64,000 nt of DNA from an uncultured virus (IMG/VR IMGVR_UViG_3300020337_000002). Its lineage: Duplodnaviria; Heunggongvirae; Uroviricota; Caudoviricetes. Shown piece after piece: positions 47,550 through 55,754 of the stretch; position 1 is the stretch's first letter, and every line of letters starts with the position of its first letter. Location of the stretch: the IMG/VR virus record IMGVR_UViG_3300020337_000002, one strand, 5' to 3'. The translations under genes and the position numbers were made by a program. Below the pieces are notes generated by a model that ran no database searches, was not told where the DNA came from, and was given only the letters and a program-made list of their open reading frames with translations.

Positions 47550-47795
47550 ATGATACTACGTGAACTATTTTATTTTGATAAAGAAACTTTGGAGCCTACT
47601 GAAAATAAAGGTTACGATCCAAGTTATGACGATTCTATTGTCTCAAAAGATGATACACGTAAAACAAGATTAACTCTACGCCAAATTAACAAAATTCGTA
47701 AAGCATCTGAACTACATAAAGAAGAGCAACAAAAAGAATTGCACTTTGTTCGTCAGATGTACGGTTTAGCCGCTAACGCCGAAGAAGCAGTTTAA
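47550..47795 (+). CDS. small head-module protein
   Basis: 81 aa between portal and scaffold; starts MILREL. Confidence 0.7.
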   Translation: MILRELFYFDKETLEPTENKGYDPSYDDSIVSKDDTRKTRLTLRQINKIRKASELHKEEQQKELHFVRQMYGLAANAEEAV

Positions 47796-47813
47796 ATTTT
47801 ACGAGGAAGTTAA

Positions 47814-48452
47814 ATGTCCACAGCCTTTATAATAGGTAATGGAAAATCAAGAAACCCAATCCCATTAGAAGCATTAAAGCCACACGGTAAGATATATGCC
47901 TGTAATGCTGTGTATAGACACTTTGAACCAGACTATCTGGTAGCTGTTGATACTAAGATGATACAAGAGATCAATAGACATAAGTGGCAATACAACAACG
48001 AAGTATGGACTAATCCTAATAAGATATACAAGGAAATGAATCTTTTTAACTTCTTTGACGAGCCATTGGGTTGGAGTAGTGGACCTACAGCATTATGGTT
48101 AGCCACATACGGAGATCCTAAAAACCCACAAGCACATCAGAATGATACTATGTATTTGCTAGGGTTTGACTTCATGGGCACTGATGCAGAAAACGTAAAG
48201 GGTGAAGGCGGATCACTTAATAACATATACGCAGACACAGAAAATTATAAAAAATCTAATGACCCTGCTACATACCACGGTAATTGGGCCAGACAGGTTG
48301 GTATCGTTTGTCAGAAAAATCCTCAAAAGAGATATATAAGAGTAGTACAGAACAAAGAGGATTACTGTCCGGACAATTTAGTGCAATTAGTGAACTTTTC
48401 ACACATGACAACGGCAGAATTCACAGAAAACTTTAAGATTTTACAATCTTAA
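47814..48452 (+). CDS. Maf/DUF115 (sialyltransferase-like fold) protein
   Basis: AFIIGNGKS, ACNA.YR...PDYLVAVD, SSGPTALWLA and YLLGFDF motifs. Confidence 0.6.
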   Translation: MSTAFIIGNGKSRNPIPLEALKPHGKIYACNAVYRHFEPDYLVAVDTKMIQEINRHKWQYNNEVWTNPNKIYKEMNLFNFFDEPLGWSSGPTALWLATYGDPKNPQAHQNDTMYLLGFDFMGTDAENVKGEGGSLNNIYADTENYKKSNDPATYHGNWARQVGIVCQKNPQKRYIRVVQNKEDYCPDNLVQLVNFSHMTTAEFTENFKILQS

Positions 48453-48478
48453 TGTAAAACCGGCGCATTTAAGCCTAT

Positions 48479-48510
48479 ATCTACGTACTTTTCTTCAAAA
48501 TCCATAAATA
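48479..48510 (+). promoter_or_regulatory. late promoter with upstream element ATCTACGTACTT
   Basis: ATCTACGTACTT-N12-CATAAATA upstream of the scaffold-protease-capsid operon. Confidence 0.65.
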
Positions 48511-48551
48511 CAATTGACAGCCTTACCATATCTAAACAATAGGAGAGAAAA

Positions 48552-49586
48552 ATGGCAAACCAATCTAAATTTGAAGCGATGCTTGAAAAGTTAATCGCAG
48601 AAGACAAAGCGGGAGCTGAAGAGCTATTTCACGAAATAGTTGTTGAGAAATCTCGTTCAATATACGAAGACTTACTTGAGACTGATACAGCAGAAGTTGA
48701 AGTGGATGAAGCCGCTAAAGACGATGCTAAAGACGAAAAAGTAGAAGAAAAAGAAGAAGCTAAAGACGAAGACAAAGTTGAAGAAGCATCAAAAGAAGAC
48801 GATGCAGAAGACAAAGTTGAAGAAAAAGCTGACGCTGACAAAGACGAAGACGTTAAAGAAGCTACTGACGAAGACGAAAAAACTGACGAAGCTACTGAAG
48901 AAAAAGACGTTGAAGAAAACTTTGCAGACCAAATTACACCAGAAGGTGATGATGAAATGGGTGGCGATGCCGCTGATGACATGATTGCTGACATCGAAGA
49001 TGATGGCGAAGGTGAAGAAGATAAAGGCGACGACGAAGACTTAGAAGACAGAGTTGTTGACCTAGAAGATGCTCTTGATGATCTTAAAGCTGAATTTGAC
49101 GGAATGATGTCCGACAAAGACGGTGACGAAGACAAAGGCGAAGATGACATGGAAATGGACATGGACGCTGGAGACGACGAAGGTGATGAAGAGAAGGAAG
49201 ACGAAGCAGTAGTAATTGCTCCGGAATCCGACCTTGAGCAACCAGTTGCGTTTGAAAATGCTGAAAAACCAGTACAATCAAGTGCAGAGCTAATGAGAGA
49301 GTACGTTTCAAAAGTAGCACCTAAAATGGGTGATGCTGGAACAGACGGTACTAAATCTCCAGTAGCTGGTAAAAACGACATGGGCGGAGAAGCTAGTAAC
49401 ATCGCACAAGGTGGCGAAGAAACTGGTGGAAAAGCACAGGCTCCAAAAGAAGATTCAGCTGGTAACGTAAACGTTCCAGGTGGAAAAGCAAGTAAGAGTA
49501 TGTCGAAAGACTCAAAAGGCCACGGCGCAGAGAAAAAAGGCGCAGGCGAAAGTGGAGCAGATAGTAAATCTACTATCGGTTCCTAA
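48552..49586 (+). CDS. acidic prohead core/scaffold-like protein
   Basis: Very Asp/Glu-rich, many (V/L)xE-A motifs, directly before the prohead protease. Confidence 0.6.
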   Translation: MANQSKFEAMLEKLIAEDKAGAEELFHEIVVEKSRSIYEDLLETDTAEVEVDEAAKDDAKDEKVEEKEEAKDEDKVEEASKEDDAEDKVEEKADADKDEDVKEATDEDEKTDEATEEKDVEENFADQITPEGDDEMGGDAADDMIADIEDDGEGEEDKGDDEDLEDRVVDLEDALDDLKAEFDGMMSDKDGDEDKGEDDMEMDMDAGDDEGDEEKEDEAVVIAPESDLEQPVAFENAEKPVQSSAELMREYVSKVAPKMGDAGTDGTKSPVAGKNDMGGEASNIAQGGEETGGKAQAPKEDSAGNVNVPGGKASKSMSKDSKGHGAEKKGAGESGADSKSTIGS

Positions 49587-49609
49587 TAGTTGTTGTTAAG
49601 GAGAACTAG

Positions 49610-50242
49610 GTGATAAACTTAAGAGAGAATTTGACATTCGACCAAGCTAAAATGGTCATTGAGACTACTGAAAACGACAAGGGTGGAAAGGACCTTTTTT
49701 TAAAGGGAATTTGTATCCAAGGCGGAGTAAAAAACGCTAACCAGCGAGTTTACCCTGTTACCGAGATAGGTAGAGCTGTCAACACTCTTAACGATCAGAT
49801 TACGGGAGGATATTCAGTTCTCGGCGAAGTTGATCATCCAGAAGGACTTAACATAAACTTAGACCGAGTTTCGCACATGATTACAGAAATGTGGATGGAC
49901 GGACCAAACGGTTACGGGAAACTTAAAGTATTACCTACGCCAATGGGACAACTAGTTAAAACAATGCTGGAAAGCGGAGTTAAACTAGGTGTTTCATCGC
50001 GTGGTAGCGGAAACGTCATGGAAGATGGTTCCGGACAAGTAAGCGATTATGAGATTATAACAGTCGATGTAGTTGCTCAACCCAGTGCTCCAGGTGCCTA
50101 CCCGACACCAATATACGAGCATTTATTAAATGCCCGTGGGGGGTACAAGGCACTAGAATTAGCACGAGAAGTTCGAGGCGACAACAAGGCACAAAAGTAT
50201 TTGAAGGAATCTTTGGTTAATATAATCAAAGGCCTCCAGTAA
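49610..50242 (+). CDS. gp21: prohead protease, T4 gp21-like
   Basis: NANQRVYP, GEVDHP, GVSSRGSG and DVVAQPSAPGA motifs. Confidence 0.95.
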   Translation: MINLRENLTFDQAKMVIETTENDKGGKDLFLKGICIQGGVKNANQRVYPVTEIGRAVNTLNDQITGGYSVLGEVDHPEGLNINLDRVSHMITEMWMDGPNGYGKLKVLPTPMGQLVKTMLESGVKLGVSSRGSGNVMEDGSGQVSDYEIITVDVVAQPSAPGAYPTPIYEHLLNARGGYKALELAREVRGDNKAQKYLKESLVNIIKGLQ

Positions 50243-50255
50243 TAAGGAGAAAAAT

Positions 50256-51359
50256 ATGTTGGAAGCACTGAAATCACTTTTTGAAAACAACGCAATTTCA
50301 GAAGAAATCAGAGCAGACATCCAAGAAGCATGGGACAAGCAAGTAAGTGAAAACAAACTGGCTGTCACTGCGGAACTTCGTGAAGAGTTCGCTAGTAAAT
50401 ACGAACACGATAAAGCTACTATGGTTGAAGCAATTGATACAATGGTAACTGAAAAACTTCAAGAAGAAATTTCCGAATTTGCTGAAGATAGAAAACAATT
50501 AGCAGAAGCTAGAGCCAAGTATGCTGTAGCTATGCGTGAAAACGCAGGTTTGTTAAAAGGTTTTGTATTTGAACAGCTTAAGAAGGAAGTGGGTGAGTTA
50601 CATGAAGACCAAAAAACTATGTCAAGTAAATTTGGCAAGTTAGAGGACTTTGTTGTAGAAGCTCTTGCTAAAGAAATTGCAGAGTTCCACGAAGACAAGA
50701 AAGATTTAGCTGAAACTAAAGTTAAACTAGTTAGAGAAGCTAAAACACATTTAGCAAAAGTACGTAAGTCTTTTGTTGAGAAAAGTGCAAAAATTGTATC
50801 TGAAGGAGTTAGTAAAAAACTTTCAAGTGAAATTACTCAACTTAAAGAAGATATTGATTCAGCACGTAAAAATGATTTTGGTCGCAAAATTTTCGAAACA
50901 TTTGCAGGCGAGTATGCAAATAGCTACTTAAACGAAAAGTCCGAAACAGCTAAACTATTAAAAGTAGTTAATGTTAAAGACAAAGCAGTTGCAGAAGCTA
51001 AAGCAGAAGTCGAAGAAGTTAAGAAAATCGTCGAGAGTAAAGACGCAGAGATTGGAAAAATTTCTGATGCGGCTAAACGTAAAGAAGTAATGCACGAATT
51101 AACTGGACCTTTGAGCAAGGACCAGCGTGAGATTATGGTAGACTTACTGGAAAATATACAGACAAGCAAACTGCAAAGTGCGTTTGACAAGTATATTCCG
51201 GCGGTAATAGACGGTAAAACTCCAGCGAAGAAGAAGGCTACTCTTACAGAGTCCGAGGCAAAAGAAATCACAGGCAATAAAGAATCTAACGTTAGTAGAG
51301 TAAGTCAAGAAGAGAATAATAATATTATTCATATTCAAAAACTTGCTGGATTGAAATAA
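50256..51359 (+). CDS. gp22: prohead core scaffold, T4 gp22-like
   Basis: Coiled-coil protein between protease and capsid genes, ending KLAGLK. Confidence 0.75.
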   Translation: MLEALKSLFENNAISEEIRADIQEAWDKQVSENKLAVTAELREEFASKYEHDKATMVEAIDTMVTEKLQEEISEFAEDRKQLAEARAKYAVAMRENAGLLKGFVFEQLKKEVGELHEDQKTMSSKFGKLEDFVVEALAKEIAEFHEDKKDLAETKVKLVREAKTHLAKVRKSFVEKSAKIVSEGVSKKLSSEITQLKEDIDSARKNDFGRKIFETFAGEYANSYLNEKSETAKLLKVVNVKDKAVAEAKAEVEEVKKIVESKDAEIGKISDAAKRKEVMHELTGPLSKDQREIMVDLLENIQTSKLQSAFDKYIPAVIDGKTPAKKKATLTESEAKEITGNKESNVSRVSQEENNNIIHIQKLAGLK

Positions 51360-51369
51360 GGAGAAAACA

Positions 51370-52536
51370 ATGTCAGAACTACTAGAAAGTCGCTGGCAGG
51401 ATACCAAAACTGCACTTTTAGAAGGCCTAAATGGTAATAAGAAAGCTGTAATGGCAAGTACTCTTGAAAACACACGCAAGTGGTTGAATGAGACTGCTAC
51501 AGCTGGTTCTACAAGCGCCGGTAATGTTGCAACTCTAAACAGAGTTATCCTACCAGTAATCAGACGTGTCATGCCGACTGTAATAGCCAACGAATTAGTT
51601 GGTGTACAGCCTATGACAGGTCCAGTGGGTCAAATCCACACATTAAGAGTACGTTACGCTGATTCGTCAGATGGTAACGAAGTTGGTGAAGAAGCATTAT
51701 CACCATTTAAGATCGCGGCGGCATACTCAGGTAACGCCACTGATGCAACACCTAAAGGATCTGCTACAGCGGCTCTAGAAGGTCAAGCTGGAAAGAGAAT
51801 GTCTATCCAGATCTTAAAGCAAACTGTCGAAGCAAAAACTAGAAAGCTATCAGCTAGATGGACTTTTGAAGCGGCACAAGATGCTCAAGCACAGCAAGGC
51901 ATCGATATTGAAGCAGAAATTATGGCGGCATTAGCCCAAGAAATTACTGCTGAGATCGATCAAGAAGTATTAGCTTCTTTGAGAGCTTTAGCTGGTACGC
52001 AAAACCAACAAGCATACGACCAGAACGCTGTAAGCGGTACTGCAACATTCGTAGGTGATGAACACGCGGCTTTGGCTGTGATGATCAACCGTGTTGCTAA
52101 CAATATCGCACAGAGAACTAGACGTGGTGCTGGTAACTATGCTGTGGTTTCACCACACGCATTAACTATCCTACAAAGTGCAACAACTTCAGCGTTCGCA
52201 AGAACAACTGAAGGTGCATTTGAGGCTCCTACAAATACTAAAATGGTTGGAACATTGAATTCAGCTATGAAAGTATATGTAGATTCATATGCCACTGATG
52301 CAACTGCAATTCTTGTAGGTTACAAAGGTTCAAGTGAATCAGACGCACCTGCGTTCTACTGCCCTTACATTCCTTTAATGTCAAGTGGCGTAGTACTAGA
52401 TCCGTCTAGCTTTGAGCCAGTAGTTAGCTTTATGACAAGATACGGTTATGTTGAGTTAAACAACACAGCATCATCTCTTGGTAATGCGGCAGACTACTTA
52501 GGTACAGTTACTATTGCGAACGTAACATTTAGCTAA
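51370..52536 (+). CDS. gp23: major capsid protein, T4 gp23-like
   Basis: RRVMP..IANELVGVQPMTGPVGQI, AKTRKLSARWT.E.AQD, YCPYIPL and MTRYG motifs. Confidence 0.97.
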   Translation: MSELLESRWQDTKTALLEGLNGNKKAVMASTLENTRKWLNETATAGSTSAGNVATLNRVILPVIRRVMPTVIANELVGVQPMTGPVGQIHTLRVRYADSSDGNEVGEEALSPFKIAAAYSGNATDATPKGSATAALEGQAGKRMSIQILKQTVEAKTRKLSARWTFEAAQDAQAQQGIDIEAEIMAALAQEITAEIDQEVLASLRALAGTQNQQAYDQNAVSGTATFVGDEHAALAVMINRVANNIAQRTRRGAGNYAVVSPHALTILQSATTSAFARTTEGAFEAPTNTKMVGTLNSAMKVYVDSYATDATAILVGYKGSSESDAPAFYCPYIPLMSSGVVLDPSSFEPVVSFMTRYGYVELNNTASSLGNAADYLGTVTIANVTFS

Positions 52537-52571
52537 TCCATAGGGTTAGTTACTTAATGTAACAAAGTATT

Positions 52572-52601
52572 AGAAAGGCCCTTCGGGGCCTTTCTTTTTT
52601 T
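52572..52601 (+). terminator. intrinsic terminator after the capsid gene
   Basis: AGAAAGGCCC-TTCG-GGGCCTTTCT followed by a T run. Confidence 0.92.
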
Positions 52602-52645
52602 ATGGATATTCTTTCTATTTTGGTAAACCTTTTTGCATTTTCTGG

Positions 52646-52674
52646 TTGCTTTTTGTAACTAGAGGTGCTATATT
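52646..52674 (+). promoter_or_regulatory. sigma70-type extended -10 promoter
   Basis: TTGCTT, 17-nt spacer, TATATT with TG-n directly upstream; predicted start near A52681. Confidence 0.7.
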
Positions 52675-52680
52675 AGTAAC

Positions 52681-52897
52681 ATAAGCATTAGTAGAGTAAT
52701 TAACTACTAATTATAGTGCAAGGAAGAGGCTCCTACCAAAAGAGTCGAACTTGACGGTCCAGGGGTGGTACCCAGGGTTTGTAGTAGAAATACGCAGGCT
52801 CACATCGCACTAACCCGCGGGGATCGGTTGTACGGTTTAGAAATGGTATTTCGGTCCGTGCTTGTAGGTGTACCCAAGTCCTACCTATTTTGCTTAT
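52681..52897 (+). ncRNA. candidate ~217-nt structured ncRNA, family unassigned
   Basis: Ends pair (ATAAGCA/TGCTTAT), nested stems, GAAA tetraloop, own promoter, no ORF with RBS. Confidence 0.65.
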
Positions 52898-52924
52898 ACT
52901 TTCTTTCCCCATTCCCAAAACTTT

Positions 52925-53010
52925 GATAAATACTTGTGTCTATAGAGCGAGTCGCCATACAGCGGCGGACTTATGCGGAATACCATCCGCGTAGACCTAG
53001 AACGTCAAAG
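52925..53010 (+). promoter_or_regulatory. late promoter box plus structured 5' leader
   Basis: GATAAATA at 52925-52932, hairpins at 52950-52971 and 52972-52993, then AAGGAG RBS. Confidence 0.55.
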
Positions 53011-53020
53011 GAGAAACAAA

Positions 53021-53638
53021 ATGGGAAGACCAATTAATAAAAAACACATTGGTGATGGAGCAGGTAAAATCCAAGTAACTGCGGTTAAATTCGCGGCAGG
53101 TGGAGAAATTACTACTGAGTCACACATTGTGAATCAAAGATCAGCAAATAAATTTACTGTTACAGACGGAAGTAAAACTGAAGTATGTACACTTGTTAAC
53201 AAGTCAATCGGTGGTTTAGGTGCTAGTGAATTTTGTATCAACGTTACAGACAGTGATGGTGTTACAAAACAAGTAACTAAAATGTTCAACAGAAAAATGC
53301 AACTTGAAGGAGCAACTAGACATAAATGGGCTAGAAACTCTGCAGGTGCATCTACGGCAGTTGAGAAAGTTATTTCAGGTGCTACAGCGGCAGATCCAGT
53401 TGTTATTACAGCAACAGGACACGGCTTCAGCAACGGAGATAAAGTATCTATCCGTGGCGTAGTTGGAATGGTTGAGCTTAACACTGAAACTGCATATACA
53501 GTGGCAAACAAAGCAACTAACACATTTGAATTATCAGGTGTTGACGGTAGTGGCTTTACTGCATACGGTAGTGCTGGAGTGGCAACTAAAGCGGCGGCTG
53601 AAGCTGGCGGCATTGTTGTTGACGCACAGGCATCGTAA
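53021..53638 (+). CDS. virion structural protein with E1-FCCH-like beta domain (possible head decoration)
   Basis: Start revised to ATG 53021 (AAGGAG RBS); ISGATAADPVVITATGHGFSNGDKV.I.GV.GM.ELN...Y motif. Confidence 0.6.
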   Translation: MGRPINKKHIGDGAGKIQVTAVKFAAGGEITTESHIVNQRSANKFTVTDGSKTEVCTLVNKSIGGLGASEFCINVTDSDGVTKQVTKMFNRKMQLEGATRHKWARNSAGASTAVEKVISGATAADPVVITATGHGFSNGDKVSIRGVVGMVELNTETAYTVANKATNTFELSGVDGSGFTAYGSAGVATKAAAEAGGIVVDAQAS

Positions 53639-53647
53639 TTGAATTAA

Positions 53648-53674
53648 TGTTGTGGGGACTTGTTCCCCACAATA
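53648..53674 (+). terminator. stem-loop after 53638 (weak terminator or stabiliser)
   Basis: TGTTGTGGGGA-CTTGT-TCCCCACAATA with no clear U tract. Confidence 0.5.
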
Positions 53675-53690
53675 GTTCAAGGAAAACACA

Positions 53691-54662
53691 ATGGCAAAAA
53701 ATTTAGTAGTAGACGGAGATTACAGAATCAAGACAGGAGATGCAGGAACCATCTTCCTTGATACTGGTACTCAGATAGGTCAAGTTTATATGACCGGTAA
53801 CCTTGTCGTTAAAGGTACTACAACTCAAGTTGATGCAACAGATTTAAATTTAAAAGATAACATCATTCAAGTTAACGCAGGAGAACAGGGTGCAGGTGTA
53901 ACACTTGGTACTGCTGGTATCCAGGTTGACAGAGGTAGTTTAGTTGATACACAAATTGTTTTTGATGAAAGTGTAACATGGAATGATCCTGTTACCAACA
54001 CAGTAAAAACAGGTGGATTTAAACTAAGAGATACCAATGGTAGTAACATTGGATTAGAAGTTAGAAGTATTGCAACAGGAGGTGGAGACTTATTTTTAAT
54101 TAACACTGGAACAGGTGTTATTAGTGTAAGTGGAACTAACCAATACGAAAATCAAATTACTGATGACGATGACATACCAAATAAAAAATATGTTGACGTG
54201 CAAATTGCGGCACAGGTTGCCGCGGCAGACTTCCAAAAGATTAGAGATGGAAGTTCAAGTTTTACACAGGTAGTTGTAGCTGACTTTGAAACTACAAGTA
54301 ATCCAAGTGTAGCGGCAATTACAGTTGATGGAAATAATCACGTAAACTTTTACGATAACAGAAGTGAACTACATGACCTAAGAATTACAGGTTCAAAAAT
54401 TGAAACTACTGTAAGTAGTGCAGATCTTGTTTTATCAGCACCAGGTACAGGTTCAGTAGTTATTGACGATCAACTACAAATTTTAACAACACCTAGTCCA
54501 GATGACGCTGGTGTAGATCCTGCACAACCAACAGATGGTTTAAAGATTTATGCAAAGAGTCAAGGTGTAGGTAAAACAGGCTTATATTATGTAAATAGTA
54601 GTAATGTAAGAGACGAACTAATTAGTAAAAATAGATCATTGCTTTTAAGCATGATCTTTTAA
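53691..54662 (+). CDS. virion structural protein (fibre-like)
   Basis: GNLVVKGTTT..KDNII.VN..E motif similar to one in 4998..6815; IPNKKYVD. Confidence 0.6.
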   Translation: MAKNLVVDGDYRIKTGDAGTIFLDTGTQIGQVYMTGNLVVKGTTTQVDATDLNLKDNIIQVNAGEQGAGVTLGTAGIQVDRGSLVDTQIVFDESVTWNDPVTNTVKTGGFKLRDTNGSNIGLEVRSIATGGGDLFLINTGTGVISVSGTNQYENQITDDDDIPNKKYVDVQIAAQVAAADFQKIRDGSSSFTQVVVADFETTSNPSVAAITVDGNNHVNFYDNRSELHDLRITGSKIETTVSSADLVLSAPGTGSVVIDDQLQILTTPSPDDAGVDPAQPTDGLKIYAKSQGVGKTGLYYVNSSNVRDELISKNRSLLLSMIF

Positions 54663-54671
54663 GGATAGAAA

Positions 54672-55004
54672 ATGGCAATAGCACAAGCGGCAATAGGAAA
54701 CACAGATACAGTAGTACTAACGGTACCTGCAAGTACATCTTATGCAATTACAACTGTTATGGTTTGTAACCATGCAGGTTTCAATTCCGGCGGAACTAAT
54801 GATACATCATTTGATTTACACTTTGTAAAAAGTGGACAAGCAAAGTCCAACACTAACATGGTAGTAAAAGAAATGCCAGTACCAGGTGGAGAAACATTTA
54901 CATTTGATACTGAAAAAGTAGTGTTAGAAGCTGGTGATAAAGTAACTGTATTATCACAAGCACCGTTGAACTTGAGTATAACTGTAAGTTACTTAGAGGT
55001 ATAA
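54672..55004 (+). CDS. small beta-sandwich structural protein
   Basis: EKVVLEAGD...VSYLEV; paralogous to 58846..59175. Confidence 0.6.
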   Translation: MAIAQAAIGNTDTVVLTVPASTSYAITTVMVCNHAGFNSGGTNDTSFDLHFVKSGQAKSNTNMVVKEMPVPGGETFTFDTEKVVLEAGDKVTVLSQAPLNLSITVSYLEV

Positions 55005-55007
55005 TAG

Positions 55008-55511
55008 ATGAGATATCTAAGAAGACAATCAACTAATGCTCGTGGGATCTATGGAAACAAAGATATCCGCAGAGATATCAACGGACAAGTTGTCTTAGAT
55101 AGTACGGATATGATGTTAGTTCCTACAGGAACAACAGCACAAAAACTTACTAGTCCTGTAAACGGCCATATGAGATATAACACAACAACTAATGTGTTTG
55201 AAAATTATCAAGCAGGTAGTTGGGCACCTATTAGAAGATTTGAGCCAGCAAGTATTGTTATGCAAAGTTTAGGCAACGGTAACGATGTTGAAACTAAATT
55301 TGGTCCATTAAACAATGGAGACTCTTATAACCCTGCACCAGCGGCGGCACAAAATTTAATCGTATTAGTTGAAAACGTATTTCAACTTCCAACAACAAAC
55401 TATACTCTAGAACAAAACCCAAGTGGTTATGCGGCAGGTTGGTATGTAGTATTTGGTACAGCAGTACCTACAGGAAAACCAGTCACAGTTCTACACAACT
55501 TTGACAAGTAA
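55008..55511 (+). CDS. structural protein
   Basis: VPTGTTAQ..G.MRYNTT...FE.Y...W module shared with 55755 and 57367 genes. Confidence 0.6.
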   Translation: MRYLRRQSTNARGIYGNKDIRRDINGQVVLDSTDMMLVPTGTTAQKLTSPVNGHMRYNTTTNVFENYQAGSWAPIRRFEPASIVMQSLGNGNDVETKFGPLNNGDSYNPAPAAAQNLIVLVENVFQLPTTNYTLEQNPSGYAAGWYVVFGTAVPTGKPVTVLHNFDK

Positions 55512-55723
55512 TGTCCGATAACGGTATATCACACTTAGAATTTAAAAGACAACGCCAAGAGCAAAAGTTAAAACTTGCGGCTGAAAAACGTGCGGCTACA
55601 GGCAAAAGAGCTACACTTAAAAAGGGCTTAATGCCTACTATGTATCAAGCAGGTAATAACGATACATCAAAGAAAAAAGAAATCACAACAGGAACATTAA
55701 AAGCTGGCCGTCCTTGGACATAG
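55511..55723 (+). CDS. small basic hypothetical protein
   Basis: 70 aa, coupled by a TAATG overlap, ends GRPWT. Confidence 0.6.
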   Translation: MSDNGISHLEFKRQRQEQKLKLAAEKRAATGKRATLKKGLMPTMYQAGNNDTSKKKEITTGTLKAGRPWT

Positions 55724-55729
55724 TATTCC

Positions 55730-55737
55730 GATAAATA
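55730..55737 (+). promoter_or_regulatory. late promoter box (GATAAATA)
   Basis: Precedes AGGAG RBS and ATG 55755. Confidence 0.6.
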
Positions 55738-55754
55738 TAGTATAGGAGTACAAC

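Noticed and set aside
48690..49210. GAAGA/GACGA-rich quasi-repeats resembling an array
   Set aside because: Explained by Glu/Asp/Lys codons in the scaffold-like protein; no fixed repeat-spacer structure.
52681..52897. RNase P RNA, tmRNA or tRNA identity
   Set aside because: No GAGGAAAGUCC/P4 pair, no tRNA-like acceptor and T arm, no tag reading frame.
52733..52918. 61-aa minus-strand ORF
   Set aside because: No RBS or promoter; antisense to the promoter-bearing structured element.
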